64,000 bases of DNA from Adineta vaga (Eukaryota > Animalia > Rotifera): positions 12,772,001 to 12,836,000 of the forward strand of contig CP075496.1 of assembly GCA_021613535.1 (NCBI GenBank), in the 5' to 3' direction. Below, in pieces: positions 1 through 13,216 of this stretch (position 1 is the first letter of the stretch; each line of letters begins with the position of its first letter). The position numbers and the translations under genes are program-made. The notes below the pieces were generated by a model. The model saw only the letters and a list, made by a program, of their open reading frames with translations, made no database searches and was not told where the DNA came from.

Positions 1-1707
1 ATTGGATTTGAATTGATTTGTGGTATGGATGGTTCAAGTTGATTAACATCTACAAATAAGAATTCAATTGATAAATCTTTCAAAATTCAATTTTTTTATT
101 ACTATTGCTTCGAAATGGATTTCCAGCAATACCTAAACCAACACCAATAGATTTTAAACCACCTAAAATTCAAAATAAATTTCATTTTTTTAAATTAAGA
201 ATAGAGCATTTAGTTTACTTGGTAATTTCATTGATCTTCCATCATCTTTGCCTTCATCTTTCAAATCAATTTTAACGGCCATAATTCTATCATATAATTG
301 TTGTTCATTAAACATTGATACTGCTTGAACAGCTTCTGATGGATGTTCATATTCAACTACAGCCATACCACGACTTTGACCTTCTTTATTTCGTTTTAAT
401 GTTACATCACGTATACGACCAGCTAATGAAAAGACTTCACGAATTTTCTTCTCATCACATTTGAAATCCAACTAAAGAAAAGTTCTCGTTGTTTTTTTCA
501 TTTTCTCATTCAAATAAATCTTTCATTTCAATTACATACATTTGCTACAAAGACTTTATTGGTAATTGGTCCTTCAATACCTAATCTTTGTAATAAATAG
601 GATGGAATACCAGCAGCAGATGAATAACCTGATAAGGATGTTCCAATACCACTAAGACCTATCGATATAATGAATTGAATTACTTTTATTTCAAAAATAT
701 AATAGATGACATTACCTGCTACTTGAGATGAATGAGATAAACCACCAGAATTTCCATTATTACCATTATCAAATTGATTTGAGAGATTATTATGTTGTTG
801 TTGTTGTTGAAACATATTATTCTTTTGAGAAAGACGACCTTCCAATGATTGATATTTAGCACGACGAGTACGAAAACCTTCTTCATCCTAGAAATACAAA
901 ATAAAGATCATTCTTAAATCATATCTATTTCAAAACATATCTTCAATAGACATATTCAATCAACTAACTATCTCAATGATATATTCACTGAATCATTTTT
1001 CTTACCAATTTTACTGCTAATTTTCGACCACCATATTCAAATTGATGCATTTTTTCAACAGCACGTCTCGCTTCTTCCACTGTTCGGAATTCTACTGATC
1101 TAAATGACAAACATTAAAAATTCATTTTACAATCACATGATCTTACCCACAACCAAGTGATTTACCATCGCGTTCAAAAACTTCTGTATACATTACTTCA
1201 CCAACTATAATCAAATGATAAAAACTAATTATCAATAATCTACCATCAAACTTACCTTCTGTTCGAAATAAATCTTTCAATGCTGTCCATCTCATATCGT
1301 ATGGAATATTTGATACATGAACTGTTTTTTCCCATCTAAATTTTGAAAGTAAAGAAAATGATTTCGATGAAAATCTATTTATACCGATATTTTAATCCTA
1401 ATTCACGATCAGAATATAGATTAACGGTTTGACTAAGACGATCAGCACCTCCACTTCGATGATCATTTCCATTATTTGTATTTGATCGATATCGATTATT
1501 TCTTCGATCACGAAAATGCTGATCATTATTATTTCTTGACATCGAACGATTATTATGTGAAGGTGAAAGACGATTTGGACTTCGTGAACGTGAACGCGAA
1601 TGATCAGAAGCTCGTTGATTATTATAATCACTTTATTAAAGAAAGAAAAAAAAAGTATATATGAATTCTTCGTGTAATCATGATCGACATTAAAATTACC
1701 CAGACAT
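1..1707 (-). CDS. hnRNP M / MYEF2-like RRM RNA-binding protein, multi-exon, 3' end runs off the window
   Basis: Spliced exons give an RS-rich N-terminus (SRSRSRSP), RRM1 (VSNIPYDMRWTALKDLF..VGEV..GKSLGCG..VEF) and RRM2 (KVFVANLDFKCDEKKIREVFSLAG..GQSRGMAVVEY), then LPSGLKSIGVGLG typical of hnRNP M/MYEF2. First coding exon ATGTCTGG 1707-1700 splices in frame to 1630. Confidence 0.85.
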
Positions 1708-1788
1708 GATCTTTTCGTATGTAGAAAAAGTCAAAATAAGGAAAACAAATAGATATGAATCTAAAAAAGAAAAGAGAGCAAAGACTTG

Positions 1789-3747
1789 TTAATTATTCGA
1801 GAGATTTTCAATCTCAATCGGATCGACATGATCAGCCATTTGAAAACGGAATATTTTCGAAAAAAAATAAAACTGTCCATCTAAACTTCGTCGAATATTT
1901 TCAGCTTTTCGAAAGCCATGTTGTTCACCGTCAAAAAGAACGTAAGCAACTGGAAGATGCTTTTCACGTAAGGCATTAACCATGATTTCGGCTTGACTTG
2001 GTAAAACAATTTTATCTTCTGAACCTTGAAAAAATATAATTGGTTTCGATACACTTTTCACGTGACTAATTGGTGAACGTTCAACATAGATGTCCCTCTT
2101 CGCGGGATATTCTCCAATTAATCGATCTAAATAACGTGCTTCAAATTTATGTGTATCTTTTGCAAGTAATTCCAAATCACTAACGCCATAATGGGATGCA
2201 CCGGCAGAAAAGAAATCATACATTGTCAATGCACATAAGGTTGTATATCCACCAGCTGAACCACCATCAATCGTTAAACGATTTCTATCAGCTTTATTTT
2301 GTTGAACAAGATATTCTGCACCGGCGATCGCATCTTGAACATCATAGATTCCCCAATTATCTTTTAAACTATCACGAAATTTTCGTCCATAGCCAGTTGA
2401 ACCTCGATAATTGACGTCGAGGAGAGCAAAACCACGTGATGTCCAATATTGTATTCGAAGATTGAATGCGCTTGTTGTCGCTGATGTTGGACCACCATGA
2501 GTACGAACAAGTAATGGTGGAAGTTCATTCGAATTTGATGATATTGGATAATCATCATTTTTTGGTGGATAATAAATTCCATAAGCAATATCATTACCTG
2601 TTTTAAATGTAATCATTTCTGGAACAGATAAATAACGTGGATCAATAGTCATATTTGTCGAACGAAGAAGACCGGTTTTTGTATCGTTTTCCATATTATA
2701 TTCAACAACTTCACCTGGTTTAATTGCTGATGAACCAATAAAATAAACATTTTGATTATAAACACGAACAGAACGAATATCAGTATATTCTTCCGTTGTT
2801 GTTAATGGAGTTAATTTCTTTGTTTGAACATCGATTCGACCTAATTTTGCAATACCATTCTTCCAATAAGCACTAACAAGATTGTTATTAGAATCAAATC
2901 CATAGAATGATCCTGCGAATTGCCATGCTGGTCCACCAAATTCTGCTTGATCATCATACATCTGTTCGGAAGTTTGTCCATCAATTGTCGTACGATAAAT
3001 ATTCCACCAACCACTTTGATCACTAATAAAATAAATAAATTTTCCATCCGGTGACCATTCTGGTTGTAAAATTGATTCATCGATTTTACCAAATAATTTC
3101 TTCTTATTAATTAATGATGAATCATTATCATTATTAAATTCACCGATCCATAATTCTGTTTGATCCCATGGCATATTCGGATGATTCCATGAAATCCATA
3201 TTAAATATCGTCCATCAGGACTAATACGTGGTGATGAATAAAAATCATAACCAGAATCTAATGTTATTATTGATGATGATGATGAATCATTTAATGGAAT
3301 ACTAGCAATAGAATTCTGAACATCATGTTCACTTTTATGAACTTCATGTACACAGATTAAACGTTTTCGAAACGAATCAATAGTAAAATCTGCATAACGT
3401 AAAGACGAATTTTCTGATTGATCTGTTATTGGTATTGGTGTATCATTTTCTTTCATATTAATTTGATATAGACGTTGATCAGCAAAATTCGTAAAATAGA
3501 CGACATCATTCTTTACTAGATAAGATCCACCGCCATATTCATGAACACGTGTACGTGCATTGAATGTTGCCGGTATAAGATCTGCTTGTTGATTATTTGA
3601 ACGAATTACGTATCGACCATTTTCAGATGGACGAAGTTCAAGCCAATAAGCATTTCCATTTTCATCAAGTCGAATTTCTGATGGTGTAACAGCATTTTCA
3701 ACAATTAGCGAAGAATTTATCGGTGATAACCATGTTCCGTAAGACAT
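1789..3747 (-). CDS. S9 family prolyl oligopeptidase / dipeptidyl-aminopeptidase-like serine peptidase, CDS intronless
   Basis: 652 aa ORF: N-terminal YGTWLSPI, beta-propeller with SPDG repeats, HGGPT, VNYRGSTGYG, nucleophile GGSAGG, GSEDKIV (Asp), EQHGF (His). Confidence 0.95.
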   Translation of the reverse strand: MSYGTWLSPINSSLIVENAVTPSEIRLDENGNAYWLELRPSENGRYVIRSNNQQADLIPATFNARTRVHEYGGGSYLVKNDVVYFTNFADQRLYQINMKENDTPIPITDQSENSSLRYADFTIDSFRKRLICVHEVHKSEHDVQNSIASIPLNDSSSSSIITLDSGYDFYSSPRISPDGRYLIWISWNHPNMPWDQTELWIGEFNNDNDSSLINKKKLFGKIDESILQPEWSPDGKFIYFISDQSGWWNIYRTTIDGQTSEQMYDDQAEFGGPAWQFAGSFYGFDSNNNLVSAYWKNGIAKLGRIDVQTKKLTPLTTTEEYTDIRSVRVYNQNVYFIGSSAIKPGEVVEYNMENDTKTGLLRSTNMTIDPRYLSVPEMITFKTGNDIAYGIYYPPKNDDYPISSNSNELPPLLVRTHGGPTSATTSAFNLRIQYWTSRGFALLDVNYRGSTGYGRKFRDSLKDNWGIYDVQDAIAGAEYLVQQNKADRNRLTIDGGSAGGYTTLCALTMYDFFSAGASHYGVSDLELLAKDTHKFEARYLDRLIGEYPAKRDIYVERSPISHVKSVSKPIIFFQGSEDKIVLPSQAEIMVNALREKHLPVAYVLFDGEQHGFRKAENIRRSLDGQFYFFSKIFRFQMADHVDPIEIENLSNN

Positions 3748-4296
3748 TGTTTTATCAAAATATGATGTTAAACTTTCGTGATTTAATCTACAAGAAGAAA
3801 CATTTGAAACAAGACGATATAGGAATATCTTGACTACCTGCTACTTAGGCAATCATTCTCCTGTTCTTCATTTGAAGAACATGTGAATAAAGAACTTTCA
3901 TCATCAATGCAGTAATGATAGACAATAAATGATAAGAATAACGATGATAAAGATAAAAGCATTTTGTATTCTATATCTTAGATAAGTTATATGTTAAAAT
4001 AAGTAAGTAGAGTATGTGTGTGGTGTGTGTTCGATGATACAAATGATATAATGAACGAATGAGAATAAAACAATTTTTTAAAATAGAAGATTAGTGTTGC
4101 TATAAAATGTAAATAAAATCTTGTTGGTGTGTTTTTAATGAATGTTATATAAGAACGGACAGAGGTCAATAGCTTAATTCTGATTGGTAGATAGGATGAA
4201 CAAATGAATGAGAAAACAAGCGATAGAATGTTTGCTTAACGTTTTTCGTTTTTTTTCTTCTAAGATGAGCGTAATCAAAGGTCAATAAACAAAAAA

Positions 4297-7200
4297 ATGA
4301 GTAGTTTATCACCGTTACCCCCTCCATTTGATCCAAATAAAAACTTACACCCGATGTGGCGTCAAGCTTTTCACTGGCTCAATCAATCTCATGTTTTATC
4401 ACCTGAAGCTAATCGAATTTTAAGTCTTCCAACAAGTACAGTAGAAGATTTAGCAGATATCTTATCCGATGGTTTGTTTGACCGAAGAAAATGATATTTT
4501 ATATTCATGATAATTTGTTTCTAGGAATTGTTCTATGCAATTTATTGAATTATTTAGTTCCAGGCATTATAAAATATACAGATGTATCACTTCGTCCACA
4601 GAAAAGTCGAGTATGAAGAAAAATGAGAAGTATTATTGATGTTGGTGAATTTGAATATTATTCTAATTTAGTTTTTATGTTTACAAAATATTCGTCTGTT
4701 TTTGGATGCATGTAGACAAGGATTACATTTTCGAGATCGTGATCTATTTGATCCATATATGTTATTTGATAAATATGATTTAGATAAAGTAACTAAACAA
4801 TGATTTGTAAGAAAGATCATGTTTTTTTTTCTTTGCTTTTATTTAGATTGTTGAAACACTTTCGAAAATATCTCGATTAGAGGTAGCTAAACGAAAAAAT
4901 CTAACACCATTTCCAAGTAGTAGCCCAGTGAATTATGCTAATATTCAAAAAGAAGATAATATTAGCATCTTACCAATCATGCGATCACTTGATGAACCTA
5001 TTCCTACGCCAGAGTAAGTTGATTATTGAATGATTTGATAGATTCTTACAATATAAATTCTTATTACTCAGTATTTCTATGATGAATAATGATGATGATT
5101 CTCGAGCACTCTTGTATTATGCATCACCTGAAACAATTGTTGCTCCAGTTGAACAAAATACTCTCTATGGATGTTTAATTGAGAAGAAAAGGGTTGGTGT
5201 TCTAAAAGACAAAGAAATACTGCTTAATCTTCTATTTTTAACTACTTCGTGTTGTTTTTTTTGTTCTGCTAAATCTTGATGCACATATTGTGTTGCTTAA
5301 TATATGCTAAAACTATTCACAAACTGCTTTTGCTGCTTTTTTGCACCCTCTCTGATTTCTTTGTTAGACCGGCAAAATTACAACGTCAATCATCTTTATG
5401 TCATTCATGTCGTTATGCACGTATTCATCATGTTCCTTCATTTCATTCAACAAATTCATCACAATTTAATAAACAAGATTCACCATTAATGAAAACAACA
5501 AGTTCATCCAATATAAATGAATCACTTTCATCTTCTTCACTTGTTGCTGCCAATGCAGCATCAACACTTTCATCAGCTGTAGCTATCACTGATCATAATG
5601 CAATTGAATTACTCTCACCACTACTAAAACATCGTTTATCAACATCATCACTTCCATTTTCAATCTTGAATGGTGATGCAGGAGTTTACGGATCACGTAT
5701 AAGTATTGCCGATGATGTTTATGAACAATTATGTGAAAAACCAAAGAAATCTGTTAGTTTTTCTTTTCTTCCTCGCTTAATGCTTGTTTGACTAATATAT
5801 ACTCTTGTTTATTCAAAATATCATTCATTGATTTTGGTTTTTCTTCTTCTTTAGGACAATCATAAAGCATTCCTTCCACGTGATCATTGTGTCAAAGAAT
5901 TACTTGATACAGAATTGAATTATCGTGATTCATTGAATCAAATTGTAACTGTATGTTGAATGTTTTTCATTTTGAAATTAAAAATCTAACGGAATTTCTT
6001 TTTTTAGCATTTCATTGAACCATTACAATTGAAAATAGATGAACGAAAAAAAATCTTCTTAAATATTTCTGTAAAATCATTAAATTGTATTTGAAATCAT
6101 TGATTAAGTGACGATTTCATATTTTCTAGGAGATTCATTCATTACATTCGGAATTTTATGAAGATTTATGTCGTGCTGGTCGAAATGAAAAAGGTCGAAC
6201 ATCAAGAATTGTTGAATTATTTACTAAATGGCAAGATCGATTTTTAATCTATGCTAAATATTGTTCGGAATTACCTGATGCACAAGAATTTCTTGATCGA
6301 AAGATTAAACAAGATTCAAGTTTTGCTCAAAAACTCGAAGTAAATTGAAATTTTCTTTTAGTTAATCTTAATCATTTGATTGATTTTTAGCAATGTCGCC
6401 AAAAAGCAGGTGAACTTGGAAAATTTCAATTACGTGATACTGTTGTTTTACCATTTCAACGTATCGTTAAATATTCATTACTTTTACATGTAATTCGAGT
6501 TTTACCTTTCATTTTCATACCAAAAAAAGTATATAATTAATTATTTTAGACAATGAAAAAAAATGTTCCATCGACTGATCCAAATGGTGAAATTAAACGA
6601 CAATTATTAGAAAAAGCTGAACATCTAATGACTGTAGGAAATGAATTCTATAAGATTGAAGATGAAATTTTCATGTTTTATTCCTAGGATGTAAATCAAT
6701 ATATCAATGAAGCGAAACGTGCTCATGATAATTTGAAAGTGATCAATAATATCGAAAAAACAATTTGTGATATAAAATTACCATCAGATAGATGTTTACG
6801 TAGTTATGGAAGATTTATTGCCGATGAACAATTTACTGTTTATGAAGATGGACATCGAAATGGAACAAGGTTTGTTAGAAGCAGAAATGTCTTTTTCTTT
6901 TCTCATATTGATTGAACTTTTAGAACGATATTTCTTTTCGATCGTGTTCTTTTGATTTGCAAAGTGAAGGTAATGAAGAGCAATGTTATTCTTTATGAAT
7001 TGGAAATTTGACTTTTCTTTTAGGGATCAGAAAAATATACATTTCGTGCTGCTTTATTCATTCAAGGTTGTCAAATTGAAGAATTAAAAGCAGCAAAACG
7101 CGAAGTAAATATCTTGAAAATATTTCCAGAACATTTTTATTGATAAAATTTATTTCATGTAGTTTCCATTTATTCTTCGAGATACCATGAAACATGAATT

Positions 7201-9663
7201 TAAATTTGTCGCAAAAACGGAAGAAAAACGTTCGTTTTGGTTAAAAAATTTACGTGATGCTATGTAAAGAGAGAATTCAATGAAAGAAAAACAAAACGAA
7301 TACGATGATTTTAATTCATTTAGTGATCGATGTTCTAATCCTGAATTCTCTGAAAATGGACATTTTTTTCAAATGAAATCATTCGATGATATGAGTCCAC
7401 GTTGTGATCATTGTAATCGATATCTATGGTAAGAAAATCTTCGAATAAAACTTGATCCTATAAACAAATCTTGTTCTCGTCTAGTGGAATATTTTATCAA
7501 GGTTACGAATGTTCGAGATGTCAGAAAAAACTTCATCGAGAATGTATTAAAAAAATTGGAACATGTATTCATCGTGGTATGTTTATTTATCAACTCTATC
7601 ATTCTACATTGAGACAATAGTCATGTATTTTGATAATAAGCAAGAGAATTAATTAAATTAGTATTGAGTGCACGTGATATTTTTAAATTATCTAGATTCT
7701 TTTCGAATGAATGAACAAGTCTATTAAGTTGAGAACGTCCATTCATGTACACATCCTGTTATCATACTTCTTTTGATATAAGTTGAATATAGTGAAAGAA
7801 ATTAATAGAAAATTAAATATCTACAAATAGAAATTTAATCTTTTTTTTTTCTTTCGTTAACTATTGATTCATTGCATTCATTGAAAAACAATTTGACTAA
7901 TTTCTTGAACGTTAATAATATCGAAAATTCAAAAACGATTGATACATTTTTTGTTCTGTACTTAGTAAAAATTATATCTTTTCTTCAATTAATATTTAAT
8001 CTTGCGTAGGAGGATTCACTGTGTACTCAGAATATTTTGATGACGTCAGAAAATACTTGAAAAGGCATATTTCAATTGAAGTTCTTTTATATTTAGCATC
8101 AATTGCACGTATGCAAAGTTTTGATCGTGGCTCAATTGAATTACCACGTGCGTTTAGTAATGCTTCAAATGTTAATAATCATAGTATGTAATTAGATGAT
8201 TATCTTCTTCTTGTTTGTAAATGAAATCTTTCTTAGATCATGTCTATGCATTGTATGATTATGATGGAACATTGAATAATAACAATAGTAGAACAGCAGT
8301 GAATCGATTTGGTGATCGACATATAAAAGTAAATGAAGGTGATGAACTTGAAATACTTGAAGATGATGATGAACATATTTGGAAGGTAGTAAGAGAAAAT
8401 GAATGAAACATGAATTGAATCATATCTATTCAGGTGAAAAATCTTCGTACAAATGAAATTGGTCTTATTCCAGCTACACTAGTTGGTATTAATGATAGCA
8501 ATTCTCAAAAAACAATTCAACGTTCATCAACAACTCTCGTATGAAATCTTTCTTCAATTGCTCTTATTCAATTCTTGAGAGTGTCTCGTTATTTTTCTAT
8601 TTTCAGGCTGAAACATCATCGATGGTATGTGATTGTGAAACTTGGTAGGTATTAAAAATATATTTTCATTGAATCTTTTTAGCGTTCGAATATTTCATCT
8701 ACACTTGCTCATCATTTCCCTTTCATTCGTACACTTGTTCAAGCCTATAGTCCACCTATATCAATACGTTCAGTAAATTCGAATGCCTATTCCAATCCTC
8801 CATCAACAAATAATCCTAATCCTAATCCTAATAATATACTCGTTCAACGTTCGAAATCGATCTCAACTCCGACAACACCTGAAAATATTTTAAATAAACA
8901 TCGAACATTACAGTTATCATCATCATTTGATAATTCACCTATATCATCGAATTTTATACCAATCGTACCCAATAATCATATCTATGATTGGTAAAAATCC
9001 ATGTGTAAATAGAAGATTAATATTGTAGTTCATCTACTAATCACTATCTATCATGGGCGAATGTTTATTTTCATATTTATTAATCCAGCTTCTTAAAAAC
9101 TAAGCTAGTCATAATTCAATTCAGTTATTTTTCTCATTTTGCATAGAATAAAACTTTATCGTCTTTGTTATTTGCTCTTTAGGTATTTGGATATCAGTCG
9201 ACATCAAGCAGAAGAGATATTGAAAAATGATTCAGTACCTAATAATACATTTCTTGTTCGAAAACAAGGAAAAAATGAAGGACATGCTATATCAATCAAG
9301 TAACTATAAAATAGAACAGAAGAAATAGGAAATGTCAATCTTTTATTTAGACATAACAATGAAGTTTATCATATTCGAATATATACTCATGAATTTGAGG
9401 GTTCTATAAAACATTATTTAGTTGATAGTCTTCTTTTCGACAGTTTACAAGTAAGAAAAACAACAAAAAGCAAATGATTTGACTGATTTGTTGTTTATTT
9501 TTAGTCTTTAATTCAATATTATCAAACACATTCACTTGAAGATCGTTTTCCTCCTGTTAAAAGCTCGTTAGTTCATCCAATTGCTCATGTATGTAGTCAT
9601 GACATGTTACTCTTACCGGCCACATTGTAAATTTCAACGAAATTTATCTCATAGATGAACTAA
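4297..9663 (+). CDS. Vav-like Rho/Rac GEF (CH-DH-PH-C1-SH3-SH2), many exons
   Basis: Spliced exons give CH (MWRQAFHWL..LSDGIVLCNLLN..QKSRFLCLQNIRLFL), DH (ELLDTELNY..LRDTVVLPFQRIVKYSLLL..YINEAKR), PH (LRSYGRF..YFLFDRVLLICK), C1 (H..CDHC..GYECSRC..HREC), SH3 (ALYDY..EGD..WKV..GLIP) and SH2 (FLVR). Stop at 9630, or at 9663 if one more intron is spliced. Confidence 0.88.
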
Positions 9664-10072
9664 ACAAAAAAAATATTTTTTTGTTTGTTTTCTCTATTTA
9701 TTCTTCTTTCTCTTTCGATTCAACCAAAACGAGCTACGAGTAGAAAAACAGTGACAACTTTTTCTTTTGTTTTCTTAAGCAATATGATGAGGAGAAATTG
9801 ATCGTATAATTTAGATAATCATCATGAGTGGCTATTAGATATAAAAAGGAAACTATTCTGTTCTTTTTTTCTTCTTTCATAAATTCTTTTTTTTTCCTCT
9901 TACCATTCATTTGTGCACAATTTGTTACTGTCTATTTTTTTATTTTCTATTCAATGAAAAGATTAAAAACAAAAGTTTCCATATCGTTTCTTTTTTCTGT
10001 TCATTGTAAACAAACAATCGATATAAAACCAATTATGTTTTCTTTTTTTGTTTTTTTATAAAAACACTCTAG

Positions 10073-11749
10073 ATGACTGACTATGTATCAGTTCGATCAA
10101 ATTGGTCATCTACTAATTCTAATTTACTTGAACGCGTTTGTGATGTGGATATTGAGGAGGACAATCAATCGACTGATATGGATAAACAAGAAAATGATGA
10201 TCTTAGGTTGGTTTATTTATGATTTTATTCAACTAGATCAGAAAAAGAAAAGTCATGTTTAAGTGTGTTATTTTTATGTCAATTATGTTGAACGTAGGTG
10301 TATGATGATTCTTTCATCTTATGACTTGCTTTTATTTACTTTGTAAAACTACTGTTGATTTTCTTTATTGAAAAAAAATCATCTATTGATAAAGCGAAGG
10401 CGAGATTTTCTCTCATTAATATCTAGAAAAACGACATCATCAAATGAGAATTTAACGAATATCACACTTCAATGCAATAATCAAACAGATACACGAGAAG
10501 ATCCGTTAATTATAATCCATGTTCTCCAACCGGATGAATATCAAATTGTTTCTATTCAACTTCTTTCAAGTGCAAAACATATCGAAGTAATGATCATCAT
10601 GAACTGCAAGTACAATAGTTTTTTTTTCCTTTTCAAATCTTTAGTTCTACGAACGTGAATATATTGGCAGTTGTCAAGGTTCACGAATAACTGAACTTGA
10701 TAGTCAATCAATATATGAAGCATCATTGGAATTTCATCAAGTATATGAAGAAATTACATTAAAAGTAACATCTCTTCGAATATTTTCCATTAATTAATTT
10801 ATTTGAATTAGTGTTTAAAACTTGCTGATATAACAGATTTGACAATCTATTGTATACAAATTACAATGAAGAAAATTCAATCGATTTCATCGAGAAATTT
10901 TCCATTCGATTTAAATCGTGTTCGTTCAATGATTGATGAAACACATTTATCATCGAATGCACGTCAATTTATGAATGACCTTCAACATATTCAAGAACAA
11001 CGTCGTACCAAGGAGAACTCTTCCTCACAATTGAATATCGGTTCATTGATGTCATTAATGACTGGTAAAAACAAAGTTCAATGAAAACTATCTCTTCTTA
11101 TTTTCTCTCGTTTATCAAGGAATGAAATCTTCATCGGTGAATACAAAGTATGTAATTACTATTACAAAATTTAATAAAAGATTAACTAAAAATAACATCT
11201 CTTTTGTTCTAATATCTATGACGTTAGTAGATTTAATATTCTTGTTTGCAAACATCTTTTTTTTTCAAGTCAACTAGTAACATTTTTGTCACTAATCGTA
11301 ATCATGTATGACTATTTTCATGTCATCAATCAAATTAATTGTACTTTTTGTTAGATATTAAAAGATTAACTAAACAAACATTTCTCTTGCATGTTTTTTT
11401 GTCTTTAAAAAGATTAGAAGAAGAAGAAAGAACCTTGTATTGACTTTCTTTCAATGAATTAAATTTCATTTCAATCAAATAAATGTGTTCTTAATAAGAA
11501 CTAGCAGTGCGACGTTTTACTATTTACTATAATTTGTTTCTTTCTTTCTTTGAATTTAGACAAGCATCGACTAGTTCATTTTCATCAATAGTTAATGATA
11601 TAAAATCTTCGTTGAATGAAAACATGAATAATGATAAAAGCAAAGAAAATCATCTTGAAATTCTCATTGACAAACGATTTGATGACCTTAAACAACATAT
11701 TGATCAACGTTTCGATCGTCTCGAAGCAATATTAACTAAAAAGAGTTGA
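10073..11749 (+). CDS. PAAT: PAAT / C10orf88-like protein
   Basis: Spliced product contains IVSIQLLSSAKHIEFYEREYIGSCQG, DLNRVRSMI..LSSNARQFM and C-terminal DKRFDDLKQHIDQRFDRL, matching recalled conserved blocks of C10orf88. Confidence 0.65.
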
Positions 11750-12088
11750 AAACAAAATATTCTTTTTTTTATATGATTTTTTTTGTTTGTTAAATAAATC
11801 TACTTTGTCAAAAAAATAAATCTCAATTCAGATTAAAATCTTTGTCATCTGACGTCAAACGAAATGATGAAATTTGAAAATAAACCAATGGTTGACATTT
11901 TTAATACTTATCGTCATTAGAATTAATTGGTTTTCTTTTGTCAGTTTTGAATATTTTAGTATCATTGAAGCATTTCTTTTCTTTTCTAAAGGTTTCTTCT
12001 TTTCTCTTCTTCTTCTTTTTTCTTCATAAAGAAAAGATTGTGTCGACTCATCTTTCATTTCTTCGCGTTCACAAAGACAAACAACAAC

Positions 12089-12603
12089 ATGTTCACTATT
12101 GCACTTTTCTCAGTTTACACTTTTGCATTGGTTATCAGTTCCTCAGCTGAAAATCCATCGAATGACAAGCAATATACAATCAAAGGTGTTGATACAACCT
12201 ATACACAGCATATATCGACTCATGGTAAGTCTGTTCGAGTTGAAAAGAAACGTACAAAGACTTGTTGATCTTTTCAGATCAATGCACAGTTGAAATAAAC
12301 GATCAAAATGAAAAGACTCAAATGCTCACTGAAGGTGAAATAATCAAAATCAAAAATAAATGGTTCAAAGTCGAAGATTGTCGATTAAATCGTGCATATG
12401 TTGCTCCATGTGGTTCGAAATTATTTTCTCAAATGCGTGATCTTGTTTGTTCCTATGTTGCAAATAATTCGAAAAAACCCAGTCGTCAACGTCGACAAAG
12501 CAATGATGATTTAATCAATCTAATGGATCGAACATATTATGGTTTATGTTGTCAAAGTGCTTGTACAATCTCGGAATTACTTCAATATTGTCCACCGAAA
12601 TAA
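12089..12603 (+). CDS. Insulin/relaxin-like peptide precursor 1 with N-terminal extra domain
   Basis: Exon 12089-12224, intron 12225-12277, exon 12278-12603. Signal peptide MFTIALFSVYTFALVISSSA, B chain CGSKLFSQMRDLVC, RQRR furin site, A chain CCQSACTISELLQYC (CC-x3-C-x8-C). Confidence 0.9.
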
Positions 12604-13207
12604 TTGCAACAGGCTTTGAAAAGAAAAAGAATTTTTTTCCTTGTATTCTTCTTCTACGTTCAGAAAATATATTTCATTGCATTTGATCTCGTATTCTTGT
12701 GTTGTTTTTGTTCTTCGTATATGTACAAAAAAAAAAGAAACTTAATATATATATATATTGAAAAAACAAAAAGTCTTTCATATCTTTAATTAATAAGAAT
12801 CAAGCAGAAGTGAAATAAAATCCTTAATATGAACGTAATAAATGTATTTCGGACGCGATTAAGAACATGGAAAGTTAATCTTGTCAGTTTGATCTATTTG
12901 AAATGGATTTTATCCATCTGTTACATTATTAGAAAAGTCATGATATATGAAGAGCTTTGATCTGACTTAACTATTTGCTTTTTGAATATATACACGGAAA
13001 TGCACAGCGATGTTGATATTTTCAACATAGATAACATACGAAATTCCTGTCATACACCGTGCGATTCTTTTTTCCCTAACTTTATATTGTCAATAATATA
13101 CGTAAGATCATTTTAAAAGAATAAATTCTTTTTTTTTCTATTTTTTTCTCTTCTTCCTAATGTTAATATTTCCCTTTTTTTTCGACAAATCAACTAACAT
13201 ATATATG

Positions 13208-13216
13208 TATATAAAT
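13208..13216 (+). promoter_or_regulatory. Putative TATA box of ILP2
   Basis: TATATAAAT upstream of an apparent non-coding first exon (donor GTAAGT at ~13310, acceptor TTCTAG at ~13403) preceding ATG 13454. Confidence 0.45.

Noticed and set aside
2196-3092. Short ORFs overlapping the S9 peptidase (similar ones overlap VMP1, the LRR gene, ATP5F1B and the GPCRs)
   Set aside because: Antisense or alternate-frame shadows of real CDSs with no independent motifs.
9828-10061. Phe-rich ORFs in U-rich UTRs (also 15462-15782, 49978-50249, 54926-55195)
   Set aside because: Composition artefacts of poly-T tracts or antisense of real exons.
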